Part shown: piece by piece, positions 9,992-19,193 of the stretch
How the letters are laid out: every line of letters starts with the position of its first letter
Numbering within the stretch: position 1 is the stretch's first letter
Translations under genes and position numbers: made by a program
The notes under the pieces: model-generated
The model's database searches: none
Told to the model about the DNA's origin: nothing
What the model saw: only the letters and a program-made list of their open reading frames with translations
Assembly (NCBI GenBank): GCA_050943315.1
Contig: JBMNOY010000001.1
Coordinates: forward strand, 37,204 to 101,203
Origin: Syntrophomonadaceae bacterium
Lineage (GTDB): Bacteria > Bacillota > Syntrophomonadia > Syntrophomonadales > Syntrophomonadaceae
DNA: 64,000 bases
Direction of reading: 5' to 3'

Positions 9992-11251
9992 ATGCAAATT
10001 AAAGCTCCCCGGGGAACGTACGACATACTACCCGTTGATTCTTATAAATGGCAGGTAATGGAGAAGACTATGCGGGAAACCGCTGAATTATTCGGATACC
10101 AGGAAATCCGGGTGCCGATTTTTGAACATACCGAGTTGTTCGAACGCGGGGTTGGGGAAACCACAGATATCGTCAGCAAGGAAATGTACACCTTTACCGA
10201 CAAAGGTGACCGCAGCCTTACTCTGCGCCCGGAGGGAACTGCATCCTGTGTGCGTGTTCTAATCGAACACAAATTGTTCGGAGGCTTGATGCCTATTAAA
10301 TGGTATTATACCGGACCCATGTTCCGCTATGACCGTCCTCAGGCCGGCCGCTACCGGCAATTTCATCAGTTTGGAATAGAAGCCTTTGGTAGTAACAGCC
10401 CCTATTTGGATGTCGAAGTAATAATGTTAATGCTGGAGATATTAAATAGAATGGGCTTAAAAAATTACGAACTACATATTAATTCGGTAGGTTGCCCGGT
10501 GTGCCGGGAAGTTTACCGGCAAAAGCTGGTAGAATATATCACTCCTGTAAAAGAGAAGCTGTGCGAGGATTGTCAGGTTCGCTACCGGCAAAATCCTCTG
10601 CGGGTTTTGGACTGCAAAGTAAAGACCTGTCATTCTGCAATTACCGGCTGTCCGTCTATAAAGGATAACCTTTGCCCTGATTGTCAGACTCATTATGAAC
10701 AGGTAAAGGCGGCTCTTACCGATAACGGGATTTCCTATCTGCATGATGATAATTTGGTCCGTGGACTTGATTATTATTCCAATACCGCTTTCGAAGTTCA
10801 TATCCCGGGTATTGGGGCACAGAGTGCCGTAGGCGGCGGAGGCCGCTATAACGGGCTGGTTAAAGAATGCGGGGGTCCGGAATTACCCGGTATTGGCTTC
10901 GCACTAGGCATGGAACGGTTGCTGTTGGCACTGGACAAGCTAACTGATCTGGGCAATAAGCCTAATGATACCGATGTTTTTATTGTAACCATGAACAATA
11001 GCTATGAAGATCAAGCAGTAAAACTATTGTACGAACTAAGGCAAGCTAATATCAAGGCCGATAAAGATTATAATGGCCGCAGTTCCAAAGCCCAGATGAA
11101 GTATGCCGACAAGCTGGGAGCCCGTCTGGTAGTCCTTTTGGGCGAGGAAGAGATTAGCCAGAACTACTATACGCTTAGAAATATGCAGACCAGGCAGCAG
11201 GTACCAGTCCCCGGCCCGGATCTGATCAATCATATTAAGAATTTACTCTAG
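9992..11251 (+). CDS. hisS: Histidine--tRNA ligase
   Basis: The product starts [11 protein letters not shown] and has class II motifs including [16 protein letters not shown]. The RBS GGGAGG precedes ATG-9992. Confidence 0.95.
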   Translation: MQIKAPRGTYDILPVDSYKWQVMEKTMRETAELFGYQEIRVPIFEHTELFERGVGETTDIVSKEMYTFTDKGDRSLTLRPEGTASCVRVLIEHKLFGGLMPIKWYYTGPMFRYDRPQAGRYRQFHQFGIEAFGSNSPYLDVEVIMLMLEILNRMGLKNYELHINSVGCPVCREVYRQKLVEYITPVKEKLCEDCQVRYRQNPLRVLDCKVKTCHSAITGCPSIKDNLCPDCQTHYEQVKAALTDNGISYLHDDNLVRGLDYYSNTAFEVHIPGIGAQSAVGGGGRYNGLVKECGGPELPGIGFALGMERLLLALDKLTDLGNKPNDTDVFIVTMNNSYEDQAVKLLYELRQANIKADKDYNGRSSKAQMKYADKLGARLVVLLGEEEISQNYYTLRNMQTRQQVPVPGPDLINHIKNLL

Positions 11252-11264
11252 GAGGACGTTGGAA

Positions 11265-13046
11265 ATGAAAAGGACACACAGTGCCACAGAATTGGATACC
11301 AGTTATATCGGGCAGGAAGTAATACTTAATGGGTGGGTTAATACCAGAAGAGATCATGGTGGTCTTATTTTCATAGATTTACGTGACCGTTCCGGTATCA
11401 TTCAGATTGTTTTCAGTCCGGAACTTAACCAGGAGGCTTTTCACTGTGCCGAGCAAATTCGCAATGAATACGTAGTGGCAGTTAAGGGCAAAGTTTGTGC
11501 GCGGCCCCAGGAGACGGAAAACCCGAACTTAAAGACAGGACAGATAGAGATTTACGTGGATAAAATTGAAGTCTTGAATACGGCTAAAACACCGCCTTTT
11601 TATATTGAGGACGGCATTGATGTGGATGAAACACTAAGGCTGCGTTACCGCTATTTGGATTTGCGCCGTCCGGAAATGAAAGAGAACCTCTTGCTGCGGC
11701 ATAAGGTTATTAAGTCTATGCATGACTACCTTGATAAGCAGGGCTTTGTAGAAATTGAAACCCCTATTTTGACCAAAAGTACTCCGGAAGGGGCCCGGGA
11801 CTATCTCGTACCTAGCCGCTTGCATCCCGGTGAGTTTTTTGCTCTCCCCCAGTCACCCCAGACCTTTAAACAGCTTTTGATGGTAGCCGGTCTGGAGAAG
11901 TATTACCAGATTGCCCGGTGCTTTAGGGATGAAGATTTACGTGCGGACCGGCAGCCTGAATTTACCCAGTTGGATATGGAAATGTCTTTTATTGATGAAG
12001 AAGATGTATTTACTTTAATTGAAGGCTTGATGAAACAAATATTTGCGGAAGGAATCGGAAAAGAACTTACTATCCCCTTTCCCCGTATGACCTATGCGGA
12101 CGCTATGCTAAAATATGGCAGTGATAAACCCGATCTGCGTTTTGGCTGGGAAATTGTGGATTTAACTGACCTGGTAAAAGACGTGGATTTTAAGGTCTTT
12201 TCCAGCGCTATATCCGCCGGCGGTGTGGTCAGATGCCTGAATGCTAAAACCTGCGGTTCTTTCTCCCGTAAGGAGATTGATGATTTAACCAAACTGGCGG
12301 TTCAAAATGGTGCCAAAGGCATGGCATATATAATCGTTACTGAAAATGAAGCTAAATCCCCGATTACTAAATTCTTCAGTGAAGCCCAAATGAAGGATAT
12401 TCTGACCACAATGGATGCCCAACCTGGTGACCTGTTGCTTTTTGGTGCTGACCAGGCAGATGTGGTTGCCCGGGTACTGGGTGTATTGAGATTGGAACTG
12501 GGGCACAGATTAAACCTTATTGATAAAGATATGCTGTCCTTTTGCTGGCTGGTTGATTTTCCTCTGCTTGAATACGATGATGAGGAAAAACGCTTTGTGG
12601 CTGTTCATCATATGTTTACATCACCTCAGGTTGAAGATCTGGAACTTATGGACACAGATCCATCCAAGGTCAAGGCGCGTGCTTACGACTTGATTCTGAA
12701 TGGTGTGGAAATAGGCGGCGGCAGTATCAGAATACATCGCAGAGATTGGCAGGAAAAGGTCTTTTCCCTTATTGGCCTGAGTATGGAGGAAGCCCGGGAG
12801 AAATTTGGGTTTATGCTGGAAGCCTTCGAATACGGCACTCCGCCCCATGGAGGTATTGCCTTCGGGATTGATCGCTTAATAATGCTGATGGCCCAGCGCA
12901 GCAGTATCAGAGATGTAATTGCTTTTCCCAAGACCCAGAGCACATCCTGCCCAATGACCCAGGCCCCTTCGCCGGTTGCACCCAAACAATTACGGGAGCT
13001 TTCCCTAAAAATAAGGGAAACCGGAAAAGCTGTGTCCAAGGAATAA
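11265..13046 (+). CDS. aspS: Aspartate--tRNA ligase
   Basis: Class IIb motifs [26 protein letters not shown] and GIDRL are present. The RBS GGAGGA precedes ATG-11265. Confidence 0.95.
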   Translation: MKRTHSATELDTSYIGQEVILNGWVNTRRDHGGLIFIDLRDRSGIIQIVFSPELNQEAFHCAEQIRNEYVVAVKGKVCARPQETENPNLKTGQIEIYVDKIEVLNTAKTPPFYIEDGIDVDETLRLRYRYLDLRRPEMKENLLLRHKVIKSMHDYLDKQGFVEIETPILTKSTPEGARDYLVPSRLHPGEFFALPQSPQTFKQLLMVAGLEKYYQIARCFRDEDLRADRQPEFTQLDMEMSFIDEEDVFTLIEGLMKQIFAEGIGKELTIPFPRMTYADAMLKYGSDKPDLRFGWEIVDLTDLVKDVDFKVFSSAISAGGVVRCLNAKTCGSFSRKEIDDLTKLAVQNGAKGMAYIIVTENEAKSPITKFFSEAQMKDILTTMDAQPGDLLLFGADQADVVARVLGVLRLELGHRLNLIDKDMLSFCWLVDFPLLEYDDEEKRFVAVHHMFTSPQVEDLELMDTDPSKVKARAYDLILNGVEIGGGSIRIHRRDWQEKVFSLIGLSMEEAREKFGFMLEAFEYGTPPHGGIAFGIDRLIMLMAQRSSIRDVIAFPKTQSTSCPMTQAPSPVAPKQLRELSLKIRETGKAVSKE

Positions 13047-13064
13047 TGTGGTAAATGTGCTTGC

Positions 13065-13093
13065 TTGAAGAAGGAACACTAATGTGTTATCAT
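13065..13093 (+). promoter_or_regulatory. Sigma-A-type promoter with an extended -10 element
   Basis: TTGAAG (13065-13070) is followed by a 17-nt spacer and TGtTATCAT (-10 at 13088-13093). It lies immediately downstream of the aspS stop codon. Confidence 0.45.
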
Positions 13094-13099
13094 TCAGAC

Positions 13100-13300
13100 A
13101 AGAAATGAAATAAGAGTTGGACGAAGTCCTGCTGTGTGCGTGAATTGGCCGTTAAGTTTTTGCCAACACCAAAACTAAGGGAGCTCGGACTCCAGATAGG
13201 GTATGTAAGCCCTTAAATGGGACACATTAAACTAAATGGGAGAGCACCCACCTGCTATGCAGGTTTAAACTACGGCGTCACGGCTCAGTGGGGCTTTTTT
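13100..13300 (+). ncRNA. ssrS: Candidate 6S RNA (SsrS-like), about 200 nt
   Basis: This is a non-coding gap of about 290 nt after aspS. The predicted promoter gives a start near 13100, and a T6 run lies at 13295-13300. Segment 13114-13142 can pair almost continuously with 13245-13286 (gagttggacg with cgtcacggctc, cctgc with gcagg, gtgcgtg with cacccac), which would give a long end-to-end rod. AAGTCCTGCTGTGTG resembles my recollection of the 5' end of Bacillus 6S-1. As I recall it, the B. subtilis 6S-1 gene also sits next to aspS. Confidence 0.45.
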
Positions 13301-13357
13301 GTATGGAGTGAGGGATACAACAGGTGTTGAATCAAAGTTGTGCCGAGGGATGCTTAT

Positions 13358-14062
13358 ATGATAAAGGACAATAAATTGGTAATGCAAATATATCGGCAAC
13401 TTCTGACCTATTTCGGACCACAGGGATGGTGGCCGGGTGATAGCCGGCTGGAAACTATTGTGGGAGCTATTTTGACCCAGGCAGTAGCCTGGAGTAACGT
13501 TGAAAAATCCATACAAAGACTTAAACAAGCCCAGCTTTTAGAAATCAATCAGTTATATGCGGTTGAGGAGGATAGATTGGCAGAGTTGATAAGAACAACT
13601 CTATATCACCGCCAGAAGGCCCGCAAACTTAAAATTATGGCAAGCTTTTTGATTGAACATTATGATGGCAACTTAGATCTAATGTTTAATCAACCTCTGT
13701 CTATACTTAGGCAGGAATTGCTTTCTCTGTGGGGTATTGGAGAAGAAACAGCTGATTCGATTCTGCTTTATGCGGGCAATTACCGTATTTTTGTGGTGGA
13801 TAATTATACGCGCCGGATTTTCAGCCGGCTGGGACTGGTAAGTAACCGTGTAACTTATAAAGAAATGCAGTCTTATCTGCATAGCTATACTGAACCTGAT
13901 GTTAATATTTATAATGAGTATCATGCTTTGCTAGTGGCTCTGGGCGCCGGTTACTGCAAAAAAAACCGGCCCCATTGCCTGATGTGCCCAATACAGCTAT
14001 ACTGTAAATATATGGTCACGGCGCAGGAAAACAATGATTCGGAGCAGAATAAAATATTATAG
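13358..14062 (+). CDS. Endonuclease III-related HhH-GPD base-excision repair protein with a 4Fe-4S cluster
   Basis: An HhH-type segment LWGIGEETADSILLY is present, with the C-terminal cysteine motif CKKNRPHCLMCPIQLYC. The RBS GAGGGA precedes ATG-13358. Confidence 0.8.
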   Translation: MIKDNKLVMQIYRQLLTYFGPQGWWPGDSRLETIVGAILTQAVAWSNVEKSIQRLKQAQLLEINQLYAVEEDRLAELIRTTLYHRQKARKLKIMASFLIEHYDGNLDLMFNQPLSILRQELLSLWGIGEETADSILLYAGNYRIFVVDNYTRRIFSRLGLVSNRVTYKEMQSYLHSYTEPDVNIYNEYHALLVALGAGYCKKNRPHCLMCPIQLYCKYMVTAQENNDSEQNKIL

Positions 14063-14106
14063 AAAGATTTTGAGTGCAGCTGAAATATGGTGAGGAGGTT
14101 TATAAA

Positions 14107-14535
14107 ATGGCAAAGCAAATATCTATATTTCTGGAAAACAAAGCCGGCCGATTGTCGCACGTTACACGTGTATTAGGGGAAGCAGATATTAATATCCGGG
14201 CTCTGTCTATTGCCGATACTTCAGACTTTGGCATACTTCGCATAATAGTAAATGATCCGGCCCGGGCATACAAAATCTTAAAAGAGGCGGGATTCACCGT
14301 AAGCGAGACCGAAGTTGTTGCCGTACAGGTACCAGATTCCCCGGGTGGACTAGCAGCTATTTTAGAGCAAATGTCAAAAGCAGGTTTAAACATAGAATAT
14401 ATGTATGCATTTCTGGGAACCTCGGGAAAGGATGCTCTGGTAATCTTTAAAGTTGAAGATACTAAAAAAGCCTATCAGACTTTTGAGCAAAAAGGGATCC
14501 ATTTTATTGATGAAAAAGAACTATACCAACTGTAG
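14107..14535 (+). CDS. ACT domain-containing protein (tandem ACT)
   Basis: The product is about 142 aa and has two ACT-like units, ISIFLENKAGRLSHVTRVL and VAVQVPDSPGGLAAILEQM. The RBS GAGGAGG precedes ATG-14107. Confidence 0.75.
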   Translation: MAKQISIFLENKAGRLSHVTRVLGEADINIRALSIADTSDFGILRIIVNDPARAYKILKEAGFTVSETEVVAVQVPDSPGGLAAILEQMSKAGLNIEYMYAFLGTSGKDALVIFKVEDTKKAYQTFEQKGIHFIDEKELYQL

Positions 14536-14572
14536 TGTTCTTCTTATTAGCCTCACCTTGAGCCTTATATAA

Positions 14573-14612
14573 AACGACAGGGAGACCCTGCTATTTTCCC
14601 TGTCGTTATTTC
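14573..14612 (+). terminator. Rho-independent terminator after the ACT-domain gene
   Basis: An 11-bp perfect stem joins aacgacaggga (14573-14583) and tccctgtcgtt (14597-14607). A T-rich tail follows. Confidence 0.6.
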
Positions 14613-14940
14613 GCCAACCCACACACCTACTTCGCAAAAAATCTCATTATCCAGTGCGTTAGAATACCCCCAAAAAAAATAATCTAATAAGGGGCCGAGG
14701 GCCTTTTATAAAATGGTCCTGAAGAAACATTTATCACCTTATAAAAATTATGATGAAAAGGACTGACAAAACAGGACTAAAGAATTATTTTTGCGACAAT
14801 AGAATGTGCGACGACTATACTAAAGTGTAGAAACATAGGTGTACTCGGACTTAAGATAAACTGCCAATTTTAAGCAAAAAGCAGTCTTAAAATATGTTAC
14901 TTTTTTCACAAAGGAGGTAATGGATTTTTCAAAGTAGAAT

Positions 14941-14970
14941 ACAGTGGTTTAAAGTGGAGCAAAGTGGAGT
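14941..14970 (+). promoter_or_regulatory. Putative MraZ operator: three direct repeats with a 10-nt period
   Basis: The repeats are ACAGTGGTTT, AAAGTGGAGC and AAAGTGGAGT, in exact tandem. They end 36 nt upstream of the mraZ ATG. GTGG cores sit at 14944, 14954 and 14964. Confidence 0.65.
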
Positions 14971-15006
14971 AAAATCCCTTAATTTTTATTTAACGAGGTA
15001 GAACAG

Positions 15007-15438
15007 ATGTTCTTAGGCGAATATCAACATTCCCTGGACTCCAAAGGAAGAATTACAGTTCCATCCAAATTTCGCGACGAGTTGGGCTTGAGGTTTATTG
15101 CTACCAGAGGATTGGATAATTGTATTTTCTTATATACAATGGAGGAGTGGAAGTCAATTGAAGCCAGGGTACACGCTCTGCCTTTTACCAGGGGAGATGT
15201 GCGTTCGTTTGCACGTTTTTTCTTTTCCGGTGCCGCAGAGCTGGAAATAGATAAGCAGGGTCGCACTATATTACCTAACAATTTAAGGGATTATGCTGGT
15301 ATTGATAAAGATGTAGTTATTATAGGTGTTGGTTCCCGAATTGAGATTTGGTCTTTACAGAGATGGGCAACCTATTCAGAGACGGCAGCATTGTCTTATG
15401 ATAGTATTGCTGAGAACCTGGTTGATCTGGGATTATAG
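15007..15438 (+). CDS. mraZ: Transcriptional regulator MraZ
   Basis: It has duplicated SpoVT-AbrB-like halves carrying DSKGRITVPSKFR and DKQGRTILPNNLR. Confidence 0.95.
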   Translation: MFLGEYQHSLDSKGRITVPSKFRDELGLRFIATRGLDNCIFLYTMEEWKSIEARVHALPFTRGDVRSFARFFFSGAAELEIDKQGRTILPNNLRDYAGIDKDVVIIGVGSRIEIWSLQRWATYSETAALSYDSIAENLVDLGL

Positions 15439-15450
15439 GAGGAAGAAAGG

Positions 15451-16368
15451 TTGCATCAACCGGTATTGCTGGAAGAGACGGTTTCCCACCTGGTTACTGA
15501 TCCGGATGGAGTCTATGTGGATTGTACGGTTGGCGGTGGGGGACATCTTAAATATTTACTTTCAAAGTTGACCCCCCGGGCACAGATTATCGGTCTGGAC
15601 AAAGATGCTGATATTTTAAGAAAAACCCAAATGTCTATTAATGCTCCCAGTTTGAAACTGGTACATGCTGATTTCAGGTTCTTATCAGAAGTTCTGGCAA
15701 GGGAAGGCATCGGTTTGGTTGACGGTATAATGATCGATTTGGGGGTATCCTCGTTTCAATTGGATAATGCTGAACGGGGATTTAGTTTCCATGAAGATTC
15801 ACGTCTGGATATGCGTATGAATCAGGAGCAAGCCTTCAGTGCTTGGGACTTGATTAATAGTTATTCAGAAGAGGAGATAAGTGACATCTTATTCAAGTAC
15901 GGAGAAGAGAAACATGCGCGAAGAATTGCCCGTGGTATTGTCCAATACCGGGGGCAAAAAACTATAGACTCTACTCTGGAATTAGTGGACATAATCAAGT
16001 CCTCGGTCCCGGCAGCTTATCGAAGGGAAAAACACCCCGCCCGGAAATCTTTCCAGGCCATCAGAATTGCAGTTAATGGTGAGTTGGACGCACTGAATAA
16101 AGTTTTACCTCAAGCTATTCAGGCCCTTAAAGTGGGAGGAAAATTATGTGTAATTACCTTTCACTCTCTGGAAGACAGGATTGTTAAGCATTTCATGCAG
16201 GAAAATGCCCGGGAATGTATTTGTCCCCCGGGGCTGCCAATTTGTGTCTGCAACCATAAGCCACAGTTAGGCATAATTACCCGTAAGCCTATTGCACCAG
16301 GTGAAAAAGAATGTGAGTTTAATCCCCGGGCTCGAAGTGCCCGGTTAAGGGTAGCTGTAAAAAAGTAA
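15451..16368 (+). CDS. rsmH: 16S rRNA (cytosine1402-N4)-methyltransferase RsmH
   Basis: The product starts HQPVLLEE and carries the SAM motif DCTVGGGGH. The start is TTG with the RBS GGAGGAAG. Confidence 0.95.
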   Translation: MHQPVLLEETVSHLVTDPDGVYVDCTVGGGGHLKYLLSKLTPRAQIIGLDKDADILRKTQMSINAPSLKLVHADFRFLSEVLAREGIGLVDGIMIDLGVSSFQLDNAERGFSFHEDSRLDMRMNQEQAFSAWDLINSYSEEEISDILFKYGEEKHARRIARGIVQYRGQKTIDSTLELVDIIKSSVPAAYRREKHPARKSFQAIRIAVNGELDALNKVLPQAIQALKVGGKLCVITFHSLEDRIVKHFMQENARECICPPGLPICVCNHKPQLGIITRKPIAPGEKECEFNPRARSARLRVAVKK

Positions 16369-16409
16369 AGGAACGAGTATAATAGTAATTTGGTAAAGGG
16401 GAGAAAAGA

Positions 16410-16898
16410 ATGAGTCAATCCCACTACAGTTATTCTGTCAATTGGAAAGAGATGAGCCTGGAACCGGAGACCAATACGAGAAGAGTAATAAAGACATATA
16501 AAAAGATTAATACCAAAAGAAGGTTTGTAATACAGGCGGGAATATTCTTGTTTGTATACGGTCTCGTACTTGTTTACCTGTGTATGACAAGTGCCGCACT
16601 GGGATATCAGATACTTGCTCTGGAAAAAAATATTCATCAGATAGAAACTTCTAATAAACAAATAGAATATCAAATATCAGAAAAATCTTCACTGCAAAGA
16701 ATAGAAAGGATGGCAGCTAAAGAGCTGGGTATGTATAAGCCGGCTGCTGATACAGGCATAGCCATTGCAGTTCAGCCCGAAGCAGTGCCTGTTGCCCCCG
16801 GGCAAAAGGATTCCCCTGCTCAGACCGGGGTGGCCGAGAAACCCATGGATAAGGTATATAGTGCCATTAAGATATTAGCCCAAAGAGATAATCATTAA
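16410..16898 (+). CDS. ftsL: FtsL-like cell division protein
   Basis: It has one TM helix (FVIQAGIFLFVYGLVLVYL) followed by a coiled-coil. It occupies the conserved position between rsmH and the PBP gene. Confidence 0.7.
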   Translation: MSQSHYSYSVNWKEMSLEPETNTRRVIKTYKKINTKRRFVIQAGIFLFVYGLVLVYLCMTSAALGYQILALEKNIHQIETSNKQIEYQISEKSSLQRIERMAAKELGMYKPAADTGIAIAVQPEAVPVAPGQKDSPAQTGVAEKPMDKVYSAIKILAQRDNH

Positions 16899-17030
16899 AG
16901 AAAGTTGATGGTTGATTCCAAACTGTATCCTCTTCTGCTATCAGGTTATTTGGGTTTTCCCGGTGCTAATTTTCGACCACAAGAAATATATATATAGTAA
17001 ATTGAAAAACTTAATTGATTCCTTAGAGGG

Positions 17031-19154
17031 GTGGAAAACATGCACACCACCAGTCTTCTGGTAAGAAAGCGTATTGCAGCGCTTTTTTTCTTATTTACCG
17101 TAGGTTTTGTGTTGTTAAGTGGAAGAATATTTTGGGTACAGTTTATTAAAGGTGCCGAGTTATCAGAAAAAGCTATCCAGAACCGGATGCGGGATGTTCC
17201 CGTAGAATCAAAACGGGGTATTATCTATGACCGTAACGGACATGAGTTAGCCATTTCCATTAGCACTGATTCAGTATATGCTATTCCTGCCGAAGTTAAG
17301 AGGTCAGGACGCCAAAGGGAAATAGCCCACAAACTGGCTCAGGTTTTGGAGATGGATGAAGAAAAACTATTTAAGCGTATAACCAGGCAGAGTTCTTTCG
17401 AGTGGATCAAAAGGCAAATTGACGCAACCAAATCGAAAAAAATAAGGGAAATGGATTTGCCCGGTATTGATCTCACCGAAGAAAGCCGCAGATATTATCC
17501 CAAAGGGACTTTGGCCAGTCATGTTCTGGGTATATCAGGAACCGACAACACGGGTCTTGAGGGTATTGATCAATATTACAATGATTTAGTAGGGGGAACT
17601 AAAGGCAGAATTATTGTCGAGCACGATGCTGCCGGCAGAGCCATACCTGAAGCTACTCACCGATATATTGCACCTGTTGATGGAGCTAATCTAATTTTAA
17701 CCCTCGACGAGACGATTCAATATATTACTGAGAGAGAACTGGATAAGGTATTTAAGGAACGTCAGGCAAAATCAGCAGCAGCGATTGTAATGGATCCGTC
17801 CTCCGGGGAAATCCTGGCTCTAGCTTCCCGGCCGACTTTCGACCCTAACAATTATAATGACTATCCGGCTGCCAACCGCAGAAATTTTGCTATAAACGAT
17901 GTTTATGAGCCTGGTTCAACCATGAAGATAACTACTGCGGCAATGGCTCTGGAAGAAAGAACCGTAACTCCGGAAACCAAGTTTTTCTGTCCCGGGTATG
18001 TGAAAGTAGGCAAAGAAACTATTAGCTGCTCCAATCATAAGGCTCATGGGGATCAGACCTTTGCCCAGATTGTGGAGAATTCTTGTAATGTGGGCTTCGT
18101 CAAAGTAGGACTTGACCTGGGTATGGAAAAGTATTATCAATATATTCATGCTTTTGGTTTTGGTAAACCGACTGGGATTGACCTGCCCGGGGAAGCAGCC
18201 GGCATTCTGGTTCCGCAAAGCCGGGCCAAACTAATTGACCTGGGTACCATGTCCATGGGGCAGGCCAATGCTGTTACCCCTATCCAGCTTATAACAGCGG
18301 TATCAGCAGTTGCCAATGAGGGTAAGCTAATGAAACCTCATTTGGTTAAACAGGTGGTTAACAACGATGGCAAAGTTATCAAAAAGAATAATCCGCAAAT
18401 GGTCAAACAGGTGGTTTCTGAGGAGACGGCCAAAGAACTGTGCCTGATACTGGAAGGAGAAGTAACTCATGGTACCGGTAAGCAAGCTTATATTGAAGGC
18501 TACCGTGTAGGCGGTAAAACCGGAACAGCCCAGAAGATTGCACCTAATGGGGGATATCTGGCCAATGAATATGTAGCATCTTTCATTGGGCTGGCGCCGG
18601 TCAATAAACCGCGCTTAGTCTGTCTGATGGTAGTTGATTCACCGAAAGGATACCCGTATTATGGAGGATGGGTAGCTGCTCCGGCGGTCAGGGAGATAAT
18701 CAGGGATTCTTTAAGGTATTTGGAAGTTCCCCTGACTGGTGAGAAGGCTTTAACCGGTCAGACTCCTTCAGAACAGGTAGTGGTTCCCGAAGTTGTCAAT
18801 TTGACGATTTCTGAAGCTTTAAAGGCTCTTAATGGGCGTGGCTTAAAGGCTAAAGTTGTAGGCAGTGGCAACATTGTCTGGCAGCAGACACCCAGGGGGC
18901 AAACGAAAATAGCTAAAGGTTCTGAGATAATTGTATATACAGCTCCTTTTGAAAAGGGCAAAGAAGGCCAGGAGGTAACAGTTCCTGACCTGCAGGGTAA
19001 GTCAATGAAGGAAGTGGCCAGGATTCTGGCCAGTCTTGGGCTGCATCTTAATCCGGAAGGATACGGTGTGTCTTATGAACAATCACCTGCGCCCGGAAAA
19101 ATAGTAACTAGTGGTTCAAGTATAAAAGTCCGGTTTCAGCCTGGTGGAGAATGA
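17031..19154 (+). CDS. Class B penicillin-binding protein (FtsI/PBP2B/SpoVD family) with two C-terminal PASTA domains
   Basis: The transpeptidase motifs STMK, SCN and KTGTA are present. Two PASTA-like repeats occupy the last ~130 aa. I cannot assign FtsI versus SpoVD from sequence alone. Confidence 0.9.
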   Translation: MENMHTTSLLVRKRIAALFFLFTVGFVLLSGRIFWVQFIKGAELSEKAIQNRMRDVPVESKRGIIYDRNGHELAISISTDSVYAIPAEVKRSGRQREIAHKLAQVLEMDEEKLFKRITRQSSFEWIKRQIDATKSKKIREMDLPGIDLTEESRRYYPKGTLASHVLGISGTDNTGLEGIDQYYNDLVGGTKGRIIVEHDAAGRAIPEATHRYIAPVDGANLILTLDETIQYITERELDKVFKERQAKSAAAIVMDPSSGEILALASRPTFDPNNYNDYPAANRRNFAINDVYEPGSTMKITTAAMALEERTVTPETKFFCPGYVKVGKETISCSNHKAHGDQTFAQIVENSCNVGFVKVGLDLGMEKYYQYIHAFGFGKPTGIDLPGEAAGILVPQSRAKLIDLGTMSMGQANAVTPIQLITAVSAVANEGKLMKPHLVKQVVNNDGKVIKKNNPQMVKQVVSEETAKELCLILEGEVTHGTGKQAYIEGYRVGGKTGTAQKIAPNGGYLANEYVASFIGLAPVNKPRLVCLMVVDSPKGYPYYGGWVAAPAVREIIRDSLRYLEVPLTGEKALTGQTPSEQVVVPEVVNLTISEALKALNGRGLKAKVVGSGNIVWQQTPRGQTKIAKGSEIIVYTAPFEKGKEGQEVTVPDLQGKSMKEVARILASLGLHLNPEGYGVSYEQSPAPGKIVTSGSSIKVRFQPGGE

Positions 19155-19193
19155 TCTCAAGTTGTGTTAACAGAACCGGAAAGGAGTGACAGA

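Noticed and set aside
13265-13528. An 87-aa minus-strand ORF overlapping the candidate ncRNA and the start of the EndoIII-like gene.
   Set aside because: It is antisense to a supported gene start, has no RBS, and its translation looks implausible.
14910-14937. A mini-ORF, MDFSK, behind AAAGGAGGT upstream of mraZ, considered as a possible leader peptide.
   Set aside because: The ATG is only 2 nt from the Shine-Dalgarno-like sequence, which is too close for initiation. I saw no attenuator structure linked to it.
16161-16673. A 170-aa minus-strand ORF spanning the rsmH/ftsL junction.
   Set aside because: It is antisense to two well-supported genes, and it has no RBS and no domain.
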